Positions 1 to 9,208 of a stretch of DNA of 32,000 bases are shown piece after piece. The stretch covers positions 690,001-722,000 of the forward strand of contig NZ_AP013028.1 in assembly GCF_000829315.1 (NCBI RefSeq). Reading direction: 5' to 3'. The position numbers and the translations under genes are program-made. This DNA comes from Wolbachia endosymbiont of Cimex lectularius. Its GTDB lineage: Bacteria > Pseudomonadota > Alphaproteobacteria > Rickettsiales > Anaplasmataceae. The notes under the pieces were generated by a model. That model had not been told where the DNA came from. It made no database searches and worked only from the letters and a program-made list of their open reading frames with translations. Within the stretch, counting starts at the first letter, position 1; each line of letters starts with the position of its first letter.

Positions 1-954
1 TGATTTGCTAATAAATCCAGCAGTCCCAGGAAATGCAGCCATTGTGAGTATTGCGATCAAAGCATACATTCCTTCTACTGACATGAATTTGCTCGCTCTA
101 TTAAAATTCACCACTTTTGTCCGCAAGATAATCGAGTTGGCAACAGCGATGAGCAATAGTTGATAGGCAATGGAAAAAATTATGTTGAGAGCAAGTAGTG
201 GTACAGCATTTTCCAAGCGGCTAAGCAGACTCCCTGTCATAATTAATATGCCCATTTGCCCTACAACACTGTAGGCTAAAAACCTACGGATGTTTTGTTC
301 AAGGGAAGCAAATATAATACCATAAATAGCAGTGATAGTGCCCAGGAATGCTAATATTTCAGAATAATCTTGCCAAAGGTTGTAAGTATGCAGGAGTGCT
401 ACTAAAAAAGAAATCTTGGTAGTAAATAGGGAAAGATATGACGCACCGTGTAATGATGCAGCAGGATATGTATCAACAACCCAGAATGAAAAAGGAAAAC
501 AGGCGCAATTTATTAATAGACCTATGATTATTAGATTAGAACTTTGAATTGCTAACCCTGCTGTTAGTACAACCCCGACGAAAAAGTGTACACAAGCGTA
601 TCTTACTGCAGGGCCATTATCTTTGCTGCCAGCTGCGATAATAAAAGATGCACTGATGGCCATTAATTCACAGAATATCACAGCCAATAATATCTGCTTA
701 GATAATATTGCACACAATGAACTGATAGTATAAGCAAAAAAGGATAACATTTCCGAAAAGCTTAAATTTTTTGCTGGTAGAACAATTAGAAATGCAGCTG
801 ATAAAAAAGATATCAATAAGATGCGAAAAGATAAATCAAAATTTAGAACAGGATAAGACCAATTAAATGTGGTATCGAAATTCTCAGGTAAATTTAGTAC
901 TACAACTACTAATATAGACAGCAGAAATAACAGCGAAAATTTATAAAGTTGCAC
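1..954 (-). CDS. Proton-translocating antiporter / NADH-dehydrogenase chain family membrane protein (MrpD/MnhD- or NuoN-like), N-terminal part; 3' end lies outside the window
   Basis: Absent from the ORF track because there is no stop in the window. My minus-strand translation from GTG (954-952) stays open to position 1 (318 codons). It is polytopic and hydrophobic and carries family motifs ...IRRFLAYSVVGQMG... and ...FPGTAGFISK... Confidence 0.7.
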   Translation of the reverse strand, partial: MQLYKFSLLFLLSILVVVVLNLPENFDTTFNWSYPVLNFDLSFRILLISFLSAAFLIVLPAKNLSFSEMLSFFAYTISSLCAILSKQILLAVIFCELMAISASFIIAAGSKDNGPAVRYACVHFFVGVVLTAGLAIQSSNLIIIGLLINCACFPFSFWVVDTYPAASLHGASYLSLFTTKISFLVALLHTYNLWQDYSEILAFLGTITAIYGIIFASLEQNIRRFLAYSVVGQMGILIMTGSLLSRLENAVPLLALNIIFSIAYQLLLIAVANSIILRTKVVNFNRASKFMSVEGMYALIAILTMAAFPGTAGFISKS

Positions 955-1077
955 GACAATTTAAGTCAATATAGTTTATACTATCTCGATGAATAAATAA
1001 AATCAATTTGCATGTATTAACCACTAATTAAACTGATTATCATGTAATTATATCAGGGTTAGGGGGTTATAGGAAAC

Positions 1078-1110
1078 CGGTCAGATTAGGTTTTTAATCT
1101 AACCTGACCG
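1078..1110. other. Long imperfect hairpin (about 15-bp stem, one mismatch, 3-nt loop)
   Basis: cggtcagattaggtt / ttt / aatctaacctgaccg. It lies upstream of the antiporter gene start and has no flanking T-tract, so it is not a classical terminator. Confidence 0.4.
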
Positions 1111-2033
1111 ATAGCTTTAATAGTGAGGTAAGCCTCAATATAACACGCTCAATTTATAGTACTACATTCGTGCATAATCTATTTGAAATTTGTGCACGGG
1201 TGTTAGTAAATTATTTACTTTTTGAAATAAAGCTCAGCATTAATTTTTTACGGTTAGCACAAAATTAGTTATTTCCTTATTTTATATTACCATACTAAAA
1301 TATCTATTATAGCATAAAGTTATTAATAATATTTGTATTTTAGCATATTAGATGAAGGTTCAGTCTGACAGTCTAGTGTCATCCAAGTAGCTGGCTGGCA
1401 TCCAAGAAATTTTGCTTATAAGCGAGCGCGCTAAGTTAGTGAACATAAAAGTAGCAAATCTTGTGTTACGCTGGCTAAGTTTTCCCACTTCATACCGCAG
1501 CAACCGCTAACGCTAGCGGAACAATGGTTTTTTGAATCAGATCTCTTGTATAGCCAATTTATGGTGAGAAAAATACAGATGAGCACCGTAGAATACTTGA
1601 AGTTTGAGGAGCGCAAGCAAGTTTTGACGCAAAATCAAAAAGCAGGTTATGCAAAAGGTTTACTGTTATATAGCTTAATAATTAAATATTTCATTGACTT
1701 ATTAACTATTTTTATGTATTATTATACTATCAGTAGTTTATATCAAAACATCAATAATGAGTAGCTCTACATTAGAAGAAAAGAAAAATCCAGTAGTTAC
1801 ACTAAAAGCTCAGGCAGAGAAGTTTAATTTTAGTATGTTAAGAGCTGATGAAAAGAATACATTAGCGAATTCTGGTGAGACGATGTTCTTAGATTTTTAT
1901 AGAATGAATTTTGTTGTTAACAAAAAAAGTATAGATAGCACTTTAATTTTTGCTTTAACAAAAGGAGCTAAGAACCTGTTTAAAATCTTGGAAATGTGAG
2001 GTAAAGTAAGCATAGATTAATAATGAGGTGTCT

Positions 2034-2348
2034 ATGCAGAAAAGTTATCCAAGTAATATAAGTCAAGAGCAGTTTGAAAAAATCAGGCTAATTTTGGAGA
2101 GTAGCAAGCAGAAAATAAAACCAAGAAAACTTGATTTGTATGACGTATTTTGTGGGGTGTTGTACGTCTTAAAAAGTGGTTGTCAGTGGAGGATGTTACC
2201 AAAGGGTTTTCCAAGATGGGAAAGCGTATATTACTATTTTCGAGTGTGGAGTAAAAAGAATGGAGAAGAGCCAAACTTGTTGGAATTAGTCTTAAAAAAA
2301 ATTAGTTGGAGAGGTCCGTATCAGCAATGGTCGGAAAGAGAAAACTAG
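2034..2348 (+). CDS. IS transposase OrfA (N-terminal DNA-binding part)
   Basis: Track ORF 2028-2348; ATG at 2034 preferred. The motif LYVLKSGCQWRMLPKGFPRWESVYYYFRVW is typical of the IS5/IS427/IS1031 transposase N-terminus. Confidence 0.85.
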   Translation: MQKSYPSNISQEQFEKIRLILESSKQKIKPRKLDLYDVFCGVLYVLKSGCQWRMLPKGFPRWESVYYYFRVWSKKNGEEPNLLELVLKKISWRGPYQQWSEREN

Positions 2349-2823
2349 CTTTTGTATAATTGATTCTCAAAGCGTTAAAAACGCAGATACTGCTGAAAAA
2401 AAAGGCTATGATGCAGGTAAAAAGATTTCAGGGATAAAGCGCCATATTGCAGTTGATACACAAGGTTTGCCACATGCAATTTATGTAACAACGGCAGAAG
2501 CAACTGACCGTAGCAGTGCTGTGAAAATGGTCGAAAATGCTAAAGCAAACCTCTCTGAAGTTAAAAACATACTGGTTGATGCTGGCTACACAGGAGAAAA
2601 TTTTGCAACACAAATAAAAGCTATCATTGGTGCGACTGTTGAAGTAATAAAGCGAAGTGAGTTACACACTTTCGTCGTATTGCCAAAAAGATGGGTTGTT
2701 GAACGCTCTTTTGCCTGGTTAGAAAAGTGCAGGCGATTGTGGAAAAATTGCGAGCGGAAGCTCAACACTAGCTTACAGATGATAGTCCTCTCCTTCATTT
2801 CTCTCCTGTTACGAAGATTTTAA
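2296..2823 (+). CDS. IS transposase OrfB (DDE catalytic part), +1 frame relative to OrfA, no own start codon
   Basis: The frame opens inside the A8 tract (2294-2301) and runs uninterrupted to TAA at 2821-2823. My translation is LVGEVRISNGRKEKTSFCIIDSQSVKNADTAEKKGYDAGKKISGIKRHIAVDTQGLPHAIY...LVDAGYTGENF...RWVVERSFAWLEKCRRL, which gives the D, D, E motifs. Confidence 0.8.
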   Translation, partial: KKLVGEVRISNGRKEKTSFCIIDSQSVKNADTAEKKGYDAGKKISGIKRHIAVDTQGLPHAIYVTTAEATDRSSAVKMVENAKANLSEVKNILVDAGYTGENFATQIKAIIGATVEVIKRSELHTFVVLPKRWVVERSFAWLEKCRRLWKNCERKLNTSLQMIVLSFISLLLRRF

Positions 2824-3092
2824 ACAGGTTCTAAGTTCTATTGGCCGTTTTATAGTACAATTCATCTCTATATGCATAGATGTTAGTCCAAATATAGAAG
2901 TCATCAGTGTTTAGCTGAAAATGATTATCCAAGCCACTAAACTCACCTAAATTGCGTAGGAAGTTCTTGCTTTCTTCGGTGAGTAATAGGTGCGCAGAAT
3001 GATAATATTTATTGATTTTTTCACCTTTTGTTACATAGAAGTGTAGCATATTTATACCGTCAATAGATTTTTAAAGAGATGTTTTGTGAACT

Positions 3093-3278
3093 TTATTTCC
3101 CACTAGAAATTTGGGATTTGAACTCGTCCAATTCCTCAGAGAGATTTTTTACCCGCTCTTCAAGCCGATACACTGTAACAGTTAATCCGTTGTTCTGTTC
3201 AATGAGTTTTTCATGCATATGCACTCGTAGATCAAGTTTAGCAAGCCACCATATCGCCGCTACCGTCTGTATTAACAT
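3093..3278 (-). CDS. Hypothetical small protein (61 aa; N-terminal hydrophobic segment plus coiled-coil-like tail)
   Basis: ORF only; composition AAIWWLAKL...EERVKNLSEELDEFKSQI. No recognisable family. Confidence 0.3.
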   Translation of the reverse strand: MLIQTVAAIWWLAKLDLRVHMHEKLIEQNNGLTVTVYRLEERVKNLSEELDEFKSQISSGK

Positions 3279-3392
3279 CGTTACTATTACTGCGATTGGG
3301 ATCTTTTGATTTTACATAATGATTTGAAATGTTAATTTATTATAGATAGGTATTGAAAGTTTGTACTACTGGTCGCGAGAATAATGTATGAC

Positions 3393-3920
3393 TTATTGCT
3401 CTGACTTATACTGTTTTTCTGCCTCAGCAAGTAGATCTATAATTTCTTCATAAGGCTTACCGCTATTATAAAACGACCTTTTAAATGCCCTAGCTCTTGG
3501 AGTTTGTTCTTTCCAGCCTCTAACATAAGGGTTAGCTCCTCTCTCCAGCAAAAGTTTTACAACCTCCAATTGACCACCGTCAGCAGCACCAAGTAGTGCT
3601 AAACTAGTATTTATATCTACTCCTTCATCTAACAGAAATTTGACAGCTTCTAAGCATCCTTTCTTTGCGGCATAATATAATACTTTTTTATTAATACTTA
3701 GTGCATCTCTATTCTTTTTTACTAATGATTCCATAGCTTCTAAGTCACAGTTCTTAGCTGCAGTTTTTAGTGTGGTATAAATATCATCATTAGCATCCTC
3801 TTTACCAAACAAGAAGGAATATATAACAACAACACACACTATCAATAATATCGGAAAAATTAATCCATCAAACTGACCTGTTGAACTTGCTCGAAGAGCT
3901 CTTCTCAAATTTCTGTTCAT
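3393..3920 (-). CDS. Ankyrin-repeat protein with N-terminal transmembrane segment (175 aa)
   Basis: TM segment LIFPILLIVCVVVIYSFLF, then ANK repeats (LYYAAKKGCLEAVKFLLDEGVDIN; LLGAADGGQLEVVKLLLERGANP). Confidence 0.9.
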   Translation of the reverse strand: MNRNLRRALRASSTGQFDGLIFPILLIVCVVVIYSFLFGKEDANDDIYTTLKTAAKNCDLEAMESLVKKNRDALSINKKVLYYAAKKGCLEAVKFLLDEGVDINTSLALLGAADGGQLEVVKLLLERGANPYVRGWKEQTPRARAFKRSFYNSGKPYEEIIDLLAEAEKQYKSEQ

Positions 3921-4024
3921 GGTACATCTTTGTTGTTCCTGCTTAACATTAGACCACCATTTGCTTAAATTTTCTTTAATCGATTCTACTTATTACCGCT
4001 TCTACCATAGTTTGGTACCCCCTA

Positions 4025-4534
4025 TTATCCAGAGTATGCTCTGCTTATCACCCACTCACCATCTATTTCTTGACAAAATCCTGATAAATTTATTTTAGCT
4101 TCCGCAAATAACTTCGGATTGCCTGGTATTGTTACGTTTAATTTTGCTTCACTTTGCTTTAATTGTCTTAATTTGGCATTCGCAGCATCAATTGCTGATT
4201 CTGCAGTAGAGTAAGGCTTCTGTATTGGGTAACTTGGTTCTTCATTTCCGACTTTTTCTTCTACGGTTTCCCCCTTTTCATAACTATGCCATTTCGCAAT
4301 TACAGATCCATACTTACTTCGCACATTAAAATTTACCTTCCAATTTATCACATCTTTAGGTGTAAGTGCTGTTGTGCCTAAAGCCTTGCCAGTTGCTGAC
4401 TTTCCTTCTCCTCTTGGAATAAAAATTATATAGCTTCCCACTGGTTTTACTAACGCTTCATACTCCTTATCTAATCTAGTGATCAAAAAACTTATGTCGC
4501 TTTTATCTGTTTGAGTAGTGTGTGGGATATATGG
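4025..4534 (-). pseudogene. Fragment of a phage late control gene D (P2 gpD-like tail protein); lacks the N-terminal half and probably the extreme C-terminus
   Basis: The track ORF starts at a TTG, but the frame is open from 4534 (TAA at 4535-4537). Translation ...HTTQTDKSDISFLITRLDKEYEALVKPVGSYIIFIPRG...NPKLFAEAKINLSGFCQEIDGEWVI matches the central/C-terminal gpD pattern (SD.sFL.RLa....L.F.prg...G.p.l.A...v.l.Gf...idG.W.I). There is no plausible start and it is about half the length of gpD. Confidence 0.6.
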
Positions 4535-4631
4535 TTAGAACAGTAAGCATAAGAAAGCTTTTATATTATTAATTTTGTAGTAGAGTTATATGAGCATATT
4601 ATGAAAACTGATCTATTAAATCAGGAGTTTT

Positions 4632-5522
4632 ATGGATTACAGACTGAGAGCTTATTTACTTGGAGTTATCTGGTTTATACTTAGTTTACTTAGTAGTGTA
4701 GCTAATGATACTATATCAAAACATCTCGGTTTACATCTTCAAAGTTTTGAAATAATCTTTTTCCGTTTTTTATTTAGCACTATTACTCTTATACCTTTTA
4801 TATTTTACTATGGAATGGGAGCTTGTAAAACAAGTCAAATATCTATTCAAATAACTAGAGGTGCATTGTTGTTTTGTGGAATGACCTTATGGACCTATGG
4901 ATTGACTGTTTGTCCAATGGTAACTGCAACAATTATAAGCTTCTCTGTACCATTATTTGTTATACTTCTTGCAATCCTCTTGCTAGAAGAAAATATAATT
5001 TGGCAAAGATGGGTGGTAACTGTCATTGGTTTTTTTGGTATTGCTATTGCTACTAAAGCTTATAGTGAGGACTTTAATCCTAAAATTCTTATTTTTATTG
5101 CATCTGCATTAATTTTTGCTATACTAGATATACTTAATAAGAAGCTTGTAATGAAGGAGCCAGTAATAAGTATGTTATTTTACTCAGCTCTAACAACAAC
5201 TATCTTTTCTACTACACCTTTGTTGTTTTGTTGGCATATACCTTCCTTGTTAGAATTAACATTACTGCTGATTTTAGGAATTAATTCAAATCTAATTCTG
5301 TTCTTCATGTTAAAAGCTTTTGCTCTTGCTGATGCTACTGCACTTGCACCGTATAGATACATAGAGTTAATAATTTCTGCAATAGTAACATACGTTATAT
5401 TTAATGAGCTACCTGACAAAAGCGCTTTTTATGGTACTTTAATATTGATACCATCAACCTTATTTATAGCCTATTCAGAAAGTAAAGTAATTAAGAAAAA
5501 TAATCTAGCAACACTAAGATAA
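4632..5522 (+). CDS. DMT-superfamily (EamA-like) transporter, 296 aa
   Basis: About 10 predicted TM helices in two EamA-type halves. The size and hydrophobic pattern are typical of RhaT/EamA permeases. Confidence 0.8.
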   Translation: MDYRLRAYLLGVIWFILSLLSSVANDTISKHLGLHLQSFEIIFFRFLFSTITLIPFIFYYGMGACKTSQISIQITRGALLFCGMTLWTYGLTVCPMVTATIISFSVPLFVILLAILLLEENIIWQRWVVTVIGFFGIAIATKAYSEDFNPKILIFIASALIFAILDILNKKLVMKEPVISMLFYSALTTTIFSTTPLLFCWHIPSLLELTLLLILGINSNLILFFMLKAFALADATALAPYRYIELIISAIVTYVIFNELPDKSAFYGTLILIPSTLFIAYSESKVIKKNNLATLR

Positions 5523-5608
5523 AAGTTTATGACTCTAATTGTTAATGATGTCCTTTTTAAATGCTTAAGCAGTTGAGCTAGATTAAAATATCTTTATGTG
5601 ATAATAAA

Positions 5609-5881
5609 ATGTATATAACCATTATAGGAACAGGGTATGTAGGTTTAGTATCTGGTACAATGTTATCAGAACAGGGCCATAATGTTGATTGTATTGACAT
5701 AAATACTAAGAAGATTGAGTTGTTAAAATCAGGAAAAATTCCCATATATGAACCTGGATTAGCAAACTATTTAGAGAATAATATAAAGCTGCAAAGGATA
5801 AGATTTTTCAATTCGTATTCTCAAATAAATTCCAATACGGAAGTAGTATTTGTAACCGTAGATACTCCATCAGATTCCTTA
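5609..5881 (+). pseudogene. ugd: UDP-glucose/GDP-mannose 6-dehydrogenase, 5' fragment truncated by IS copy 2
   Basis: MYITIIGTGYVGLVSGTMLSEQGHNVDCIDIN..KIELLKSGKIPIYEPGL...VVFVTVDTPSD is the N-terminal NAD-binding Rossmann domain (GxGYVG). The ORF runs straight into the IS terminal repeat at 5882, and no continuation exists downstream of the IS. Confidence 0.85.
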
Positions 5882-5943
5882 GAACCTGTTTAAAATCTTG
5901 GAAATGTGAGGTAAAGTAAGCATAGATTAATAATGAGGTGTCT

Positions 5944-6258
5944 ATGCAGAAAAGTTATCCAAGTAATATAAGTCAAGAGCAGTTTGAAAAAATCAGGCCA
6001 ATTTTGGAGAGTAGCAAGCAGAAAACAAAACCAAGAAAACTTGATTTGTATGACGTATTTTGTGGGGTGTTGTACGTCTTAAAAAGTGGTTGTCAGTGGA
6101 GGATGTTACCAAAGGGTTTTCCAAGATGGGAAAGCGTATATTACTATTTTCGAGTGTGGAGTAAAAAGAATGGAGAAGAGCCAAGCTTGTTGGAATTAGT
6201 CTTAAAAAAAATTAGTTGGAGAGGTCCGTATCAGCAATGGTCGGAAAGAGAAAACTAG
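5944..6258 (+). CDS. IS transposase OrfA (copy 2)
   Basis: Differs from copy 1 OrfA at three residues (P/L, T/I, S/N) and is identical to copy 3 OrfA. Confidence 0.85.
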   Translation: MQKSYPSNISQEQFEKIRPILESSKQKTKPRKLDLYDVFCGVLYVLKSGCQWRMLPKGFPRWESVYYYFRVWSKKNGEEPSLLELVLKKISWRGPYQQWSEREN

Positions 6259-6734
6259 CTTTTGTATAATTGATTCTCAAAGCGTTAAAAACGCAGATAC
6301 TGCTGAAAAAAAAAGACTATGATGCAGGTAAAAAGATTTCAGGGATAAAGCGCCATATTGCAGTTGATACACAAGGTTTGCCACATGCAATTTATGTAAC
6401 AACGGCAGAAGCAACTGACCGTAGCAGTGCTGTGAAAATGGTCGAAAATGCTAAAGCAAACCTCTCTGAAGTTAAAAACATACTGGTTGATGCTGGCTAC
6501 ACAGGAGAAAATTTTGCAACACAAATAAAAGCTATCATTGGTGCGACTGTTGAAGTAATAAAGCGAAGTGAGTTACACACTTTCGTCGTATTGCCAAAAA
6601 GATGGGTTGTTGAACGCTCTTTTGCCTGGTTAGAAAAGTGCAGGCGACTGTGGAAAAATTGCGAGCGGAAGCTCAACACTAGCTTACAGATGATAGTCCT
6701 CTCCTTCATTTCTCTCCTGTTACGAAGATTTTAA
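6206..6734 (+). pseudogene. IS transposase OrfB with an extra A in the second poly(A) tract (A9 at 6306-6314); the catalytic region is split over two frames
   Basis: The frame entered from the A8 tract (6204-6211) hits TGA at 6320-6322. The DDE remainder continues in another frame (track ORF 6270-6734). Confidence 0.7.
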
Positions 6735-6747
6735 ACAGGTTCTAAGA

Positions 6748-6840
6748 CAGTAAAAAACGCCAATTTAAAAGATAGATAGTGAATAACTAGCTAACTGGGT
6801 TTCTTTTGCCTTTTGTCTGTTTAGTAAATTTCTTAAACAT
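6748..6840 (-). repeat. Partial copy of the composite repeat family (terminal module), abutting IS copy 2
   Basis: aaaaacgccaat...ctgggtttcttttgccttttgtctgtttagtaaatttcttaaacat matches 12660-12730 and the reverse complement of 20113-20200 and 27505-27575. Confidence 0.7.
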
Positions 6841-6919
6841 AGAAGTTATACCAATTTCGTTATCAAACAAGATACATAATAAATTCGCTAAATCTCTAAT
6901 CGCAAGGAAACTTTTTAAT

Positions 6920-8287
6920 TTACCATTGGGATTTGGTATCAGACGGCGATTTGGCTGATATGTCCAGTTTTAAATATCTGCCACTCATAGTAAACACTTC
7001 CGGATCTTGATAAGTTAGCTTGAGTATAGCAAGTATGTTAATAAACAGCAAAGCGGCAATCGAAATATCAGCGACATCCCATAGTAACTGGACTTTACTT
7101 ATCGCGCCAAGCGGAATGATTGCGGTAAAAATTACAATCCAGATTTTAGTGTATTTGTCATTCATAGACATATAGCGTATTGTCTGTTTTGAGCAAAAAA
7201 ACCAAGTAAAAATAGTAGTAAAGGCAAAACAAAACATTATAGCCATGATTAAGTAGTCAATATAAGGCCAATTCATAGCTTTTCTAAAAGCAAAGATGCA
7301 CATGTTAGTGCTCTCTAAATCAGTGACCCAAGAATCTGTGACAAGTAGTACCATCGTTGTAATAAATACTACGAATACAACTATGAAAGGTGATATTATT
7401 GTGATTAGGCTCTGTTCAATGATAAATTTATTGTCGTTTTTCTTAGGAACAATTGAAGAGTGCACGATGCCTTCAAGGCCAAGCCCTATATCTGTTGCAA
7501 AAATACCTCGCAGAGTTCCTACTTGAATGATAGTCAACATCTCCACAATTAAACCTAGAGATAAACCAAAGTTAAAGCTGTCAGCTGTAAAAAAGCCGCT
7601 TGTTATTAGTTTTAGAGAAGGAAGAATATTCTCACTAAACTTAAATAATATAATACCACAAAGCGTTAGGTAACTCACCGTCATTATCGGTATCATAGCT
7701 GATATGAAAATTTTAATTTTTTTTAAGCTGAGAGCTGCAACAACAAAAAATATTATGGCCATTATAATCCCACCAGTAACTACAGGCACGTCTATCATGT
7801 CAAGTGGTATTGATAGAGAGTTTACCTGAACAAGGTTACCAACGGTTATCGAGACTATCATCATAATGACTAGAAACGCAATTGTGGCTTTTCTAGAGTT
7901 AAATGCATCAGCCATGTAGGCCATAGGGCCACCTATAAACCGTCCATTCTTTTTCTTTCTGTTTTTTATACTCAGATAACAAGTGACATATTTTATTGCA
8001 GAAGTGATAACAACAATTATTGCCATCCACAAAATAGAGCCCGGTCCTCCAGTTTTTAGAGCAACAGCAGTTCCTGAAATATTCCCTACTCCTAAATTTC
8101 CCCCTAAGATTGTAAATAGTGCGGCTATAGAAGAAAATTTATTTTCCCCTCTCTTGGCTCCGATAAGTGAAAGAGCGTACGGCAATCTAAATATCTGTAG
8201 CCATTTTAGTTTAACTGATAGATAAACACCGGCGATTAGTATAAGTAATATTGTCGGTAGTAATAAAACAAACTTTACTATATCCAT
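6920..8287 (-). CDS. Alanine/glycine:cation symporter (AGCS) family amino-acid carrier, 455 aa
   Basis: Polytopic membrane protein with the family-like motif GGPGSILWMAIIV (compare GGPGAxFWMW). Confidence 0.8.
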   Translation of the reverse strand: MDIVKFVLLLPTILLILIAGVYLSVKLKWLQIFRLPYALSLIGAKRGENKFSSIAALFTILGGNLGVGNISGTAVALKTGGPGSILWMAIIVVITSAIKYVTCYLSIKNRKKKNGRFIGGPMAYMADAFNSRKATIAFLVIMMIVSITVGNLVQVNSLSIPLDMIDVPVVTGGIIMAIIFFVVAALSLKKIKIFISAMIPIMTVSYLTLCGIILFKFSENILPSLKLITSGFFTADSFNFGLSLGLIVEMLTIIQVGTLRGIFATDIGLGLEGIVHSSIVPKKNDNKFIIEQSLITIISPFIVVFVVFITTMVLLVTDSWVTDLESTNMCIFAFRKAMNWPYIDYLIMAIMFCFAFTTIFTWFFCSKQTIRYMSMNDKYTKIWIVIFTAIIPLGAISKVQLLWDVADISIAALLFINILAILKLTYQDPEVFTMSGRYLKLDISAKSPSDTKSQW

Positions 8288-8389
8288 CTATATGTTGAAG
8301 GTAAACATTTTAACTTGAGTATACAACAAAAATTGAAAATACCTAACTTATTGTTCATGAGAAGTCACACTACAAACGCTATATAAGCT

Positions 8390-8893
8390 CTATTTTTCGT
8401 ACCACTCATTTATGAGTCTACTGACATCAGAGTCCACAAAGTTCTTCAGTGGCTGTCTGACTTTTATCTCAGCCTTTTTAGGGATGCACCTATCTTTACA
8501 TATCGCATAATTTATACGAAAGTTAAGGTCAATATACCCTCGGCTTGGAAACACGTTCATTTTGAAGGGAAATAATACCATATCCTTGTATACGTTACTG
8601 ACAAATGTCACTCTTCCTATTTTGTCTTTATGTTCTTTTGGAGTAGGCCAATAAATATCTATATTTAATGTGTTGCCCTTACAATCAAAAGAAGTGGGAA
8701 GACCAAAATCTCCAGGGTTCTTATAATATATATGCCAACCTGATCTTATTGTAACCTTTATTGCACCTTCAAGGGTAAGGTTTGCTTCATTTACCTTACC
8801 AATAAGCAAATCAAATTTTGCAACTTCTTCGTCAGCATGAAGTTGAGTGCAGAAAAAAAGCAAAAACAATATTAAATGTACATGTATTTTCAT
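8390..8893 (-). CDS. Secreted DsbD N-terminal-domain-like (thiol:disulfide interchange) protein, 167 aa
   Basis: Signal peptide MKIHVHLILFLLFFCTQLHA; motifs GWHIYYKNPGDFGLP and CKDRCIP are typical of the DsbD-N/ScsB-type domain. Confidence 0.6.
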   Translation of the reverse strand: MKIHVHLILFLLFFCTQLHADEEVAKFDLLIGKVNEANLTLEGAIKVTIRSGWHIYYKNPGDFGLPTSFDCKGNTLNIDIYWPTPKEHKDKIGRVTFVSNVYKDMVLFPFKMNVFPSRGYIDLNFRINYAICKDRCIPKKAEIKVRQPLKNFVDSDVSRLINEWYEK

Positions 8894-9167
8894 AAAGGCA
8901 GTTCTACCCTATATATAAAGGAAAAAATTTAGATTTTAGCTATTATAATAAACAATACTATATAAATTATTTATTAATATAATATTGTACTAGTGTAGAG
9001 ATACCCACCCTAGGGGGCTTCTGCGCTGCCTTTTGTTATTAGATCATCGTAGTATAAAGAAGTGAAAAGGATAAGGAAAATAAAAAGTAGTGTCTTTTTG
9101 TAAAAAGCACTACGCGTATTACCTTTAGCACACAGTAAAATTTGAGGTTTTTAAAGACTAGAAGATA

Positions 9168-9198
9168 CCGTGGAGCAAGTGAATTTCTTGCCCCACGG
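9168..9198 (-). terminator. Candidate groEL terminator hairpin
   Basis: ccgtgg-a-gcaag / tgaattt / cttgc-c-ccacgg, 10 nt downstream of the groEL stop. Followed on the minus strand by a moderately T-rich stretch (tatcttctagtcttt). Confidence 0.45.
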
Positions 9199-9208
9199 TT
9201 TCATTTAC

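Larger units (their letters stand above)
1972..2831 (+). mobile_element. IS5-family insertion sequence (IS1031-like subgroup), copy 1, 860 bp
   Basis: Terminal inverted repeats GAACCTGTTTAAAATCTT...AAGATTTTAAACAGGTTC. Flanked by direct TAA (1969-1971 and 2832-2834). Near-identical copies at 5882-6742 and 28378-29237. Encodes orfA (DUF4096-like HTH) plus a DDE orfB. Confidence 0.92.
5882..6742 (+). mobile_element. IS5-family insertion sequence, copy 2, 861 bp
   Basis: Same termini as copy 1. The flanking triplets differ (TTA at 5879-5881 versus TAA at 6743-6745). Confidence 0.92.

Noticed and set aside
1100-1420. Possible additional, highly degenerate copy of the composite repeat (taatagtgaggtaagcctca resembles the reverse complement of 12421-12441; tctagtgtcatccaagtagctg at 1371-1392)
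   Set aside because: Only short patches match by eye. The palindromic head motif at 1371-1392 is convincing, but collinearity over the remainder could not be established without an alignment program.
1546-1999. ORFs of 72 aa and 80 aa upstream of IS copy 1, the 61-aa minus-strand ORF 1431-1616, and the 72-aa minus-strand ORF 2831-3049 abutting the IS
   Set aside because: No recognisable domains or ribosome-binding sites, and the composition is very AT-biased. The 80-aa ORF is split by the IS; the restored pre-insertion sequence would extend it by about 18 codons. Coding status cannot be supported.
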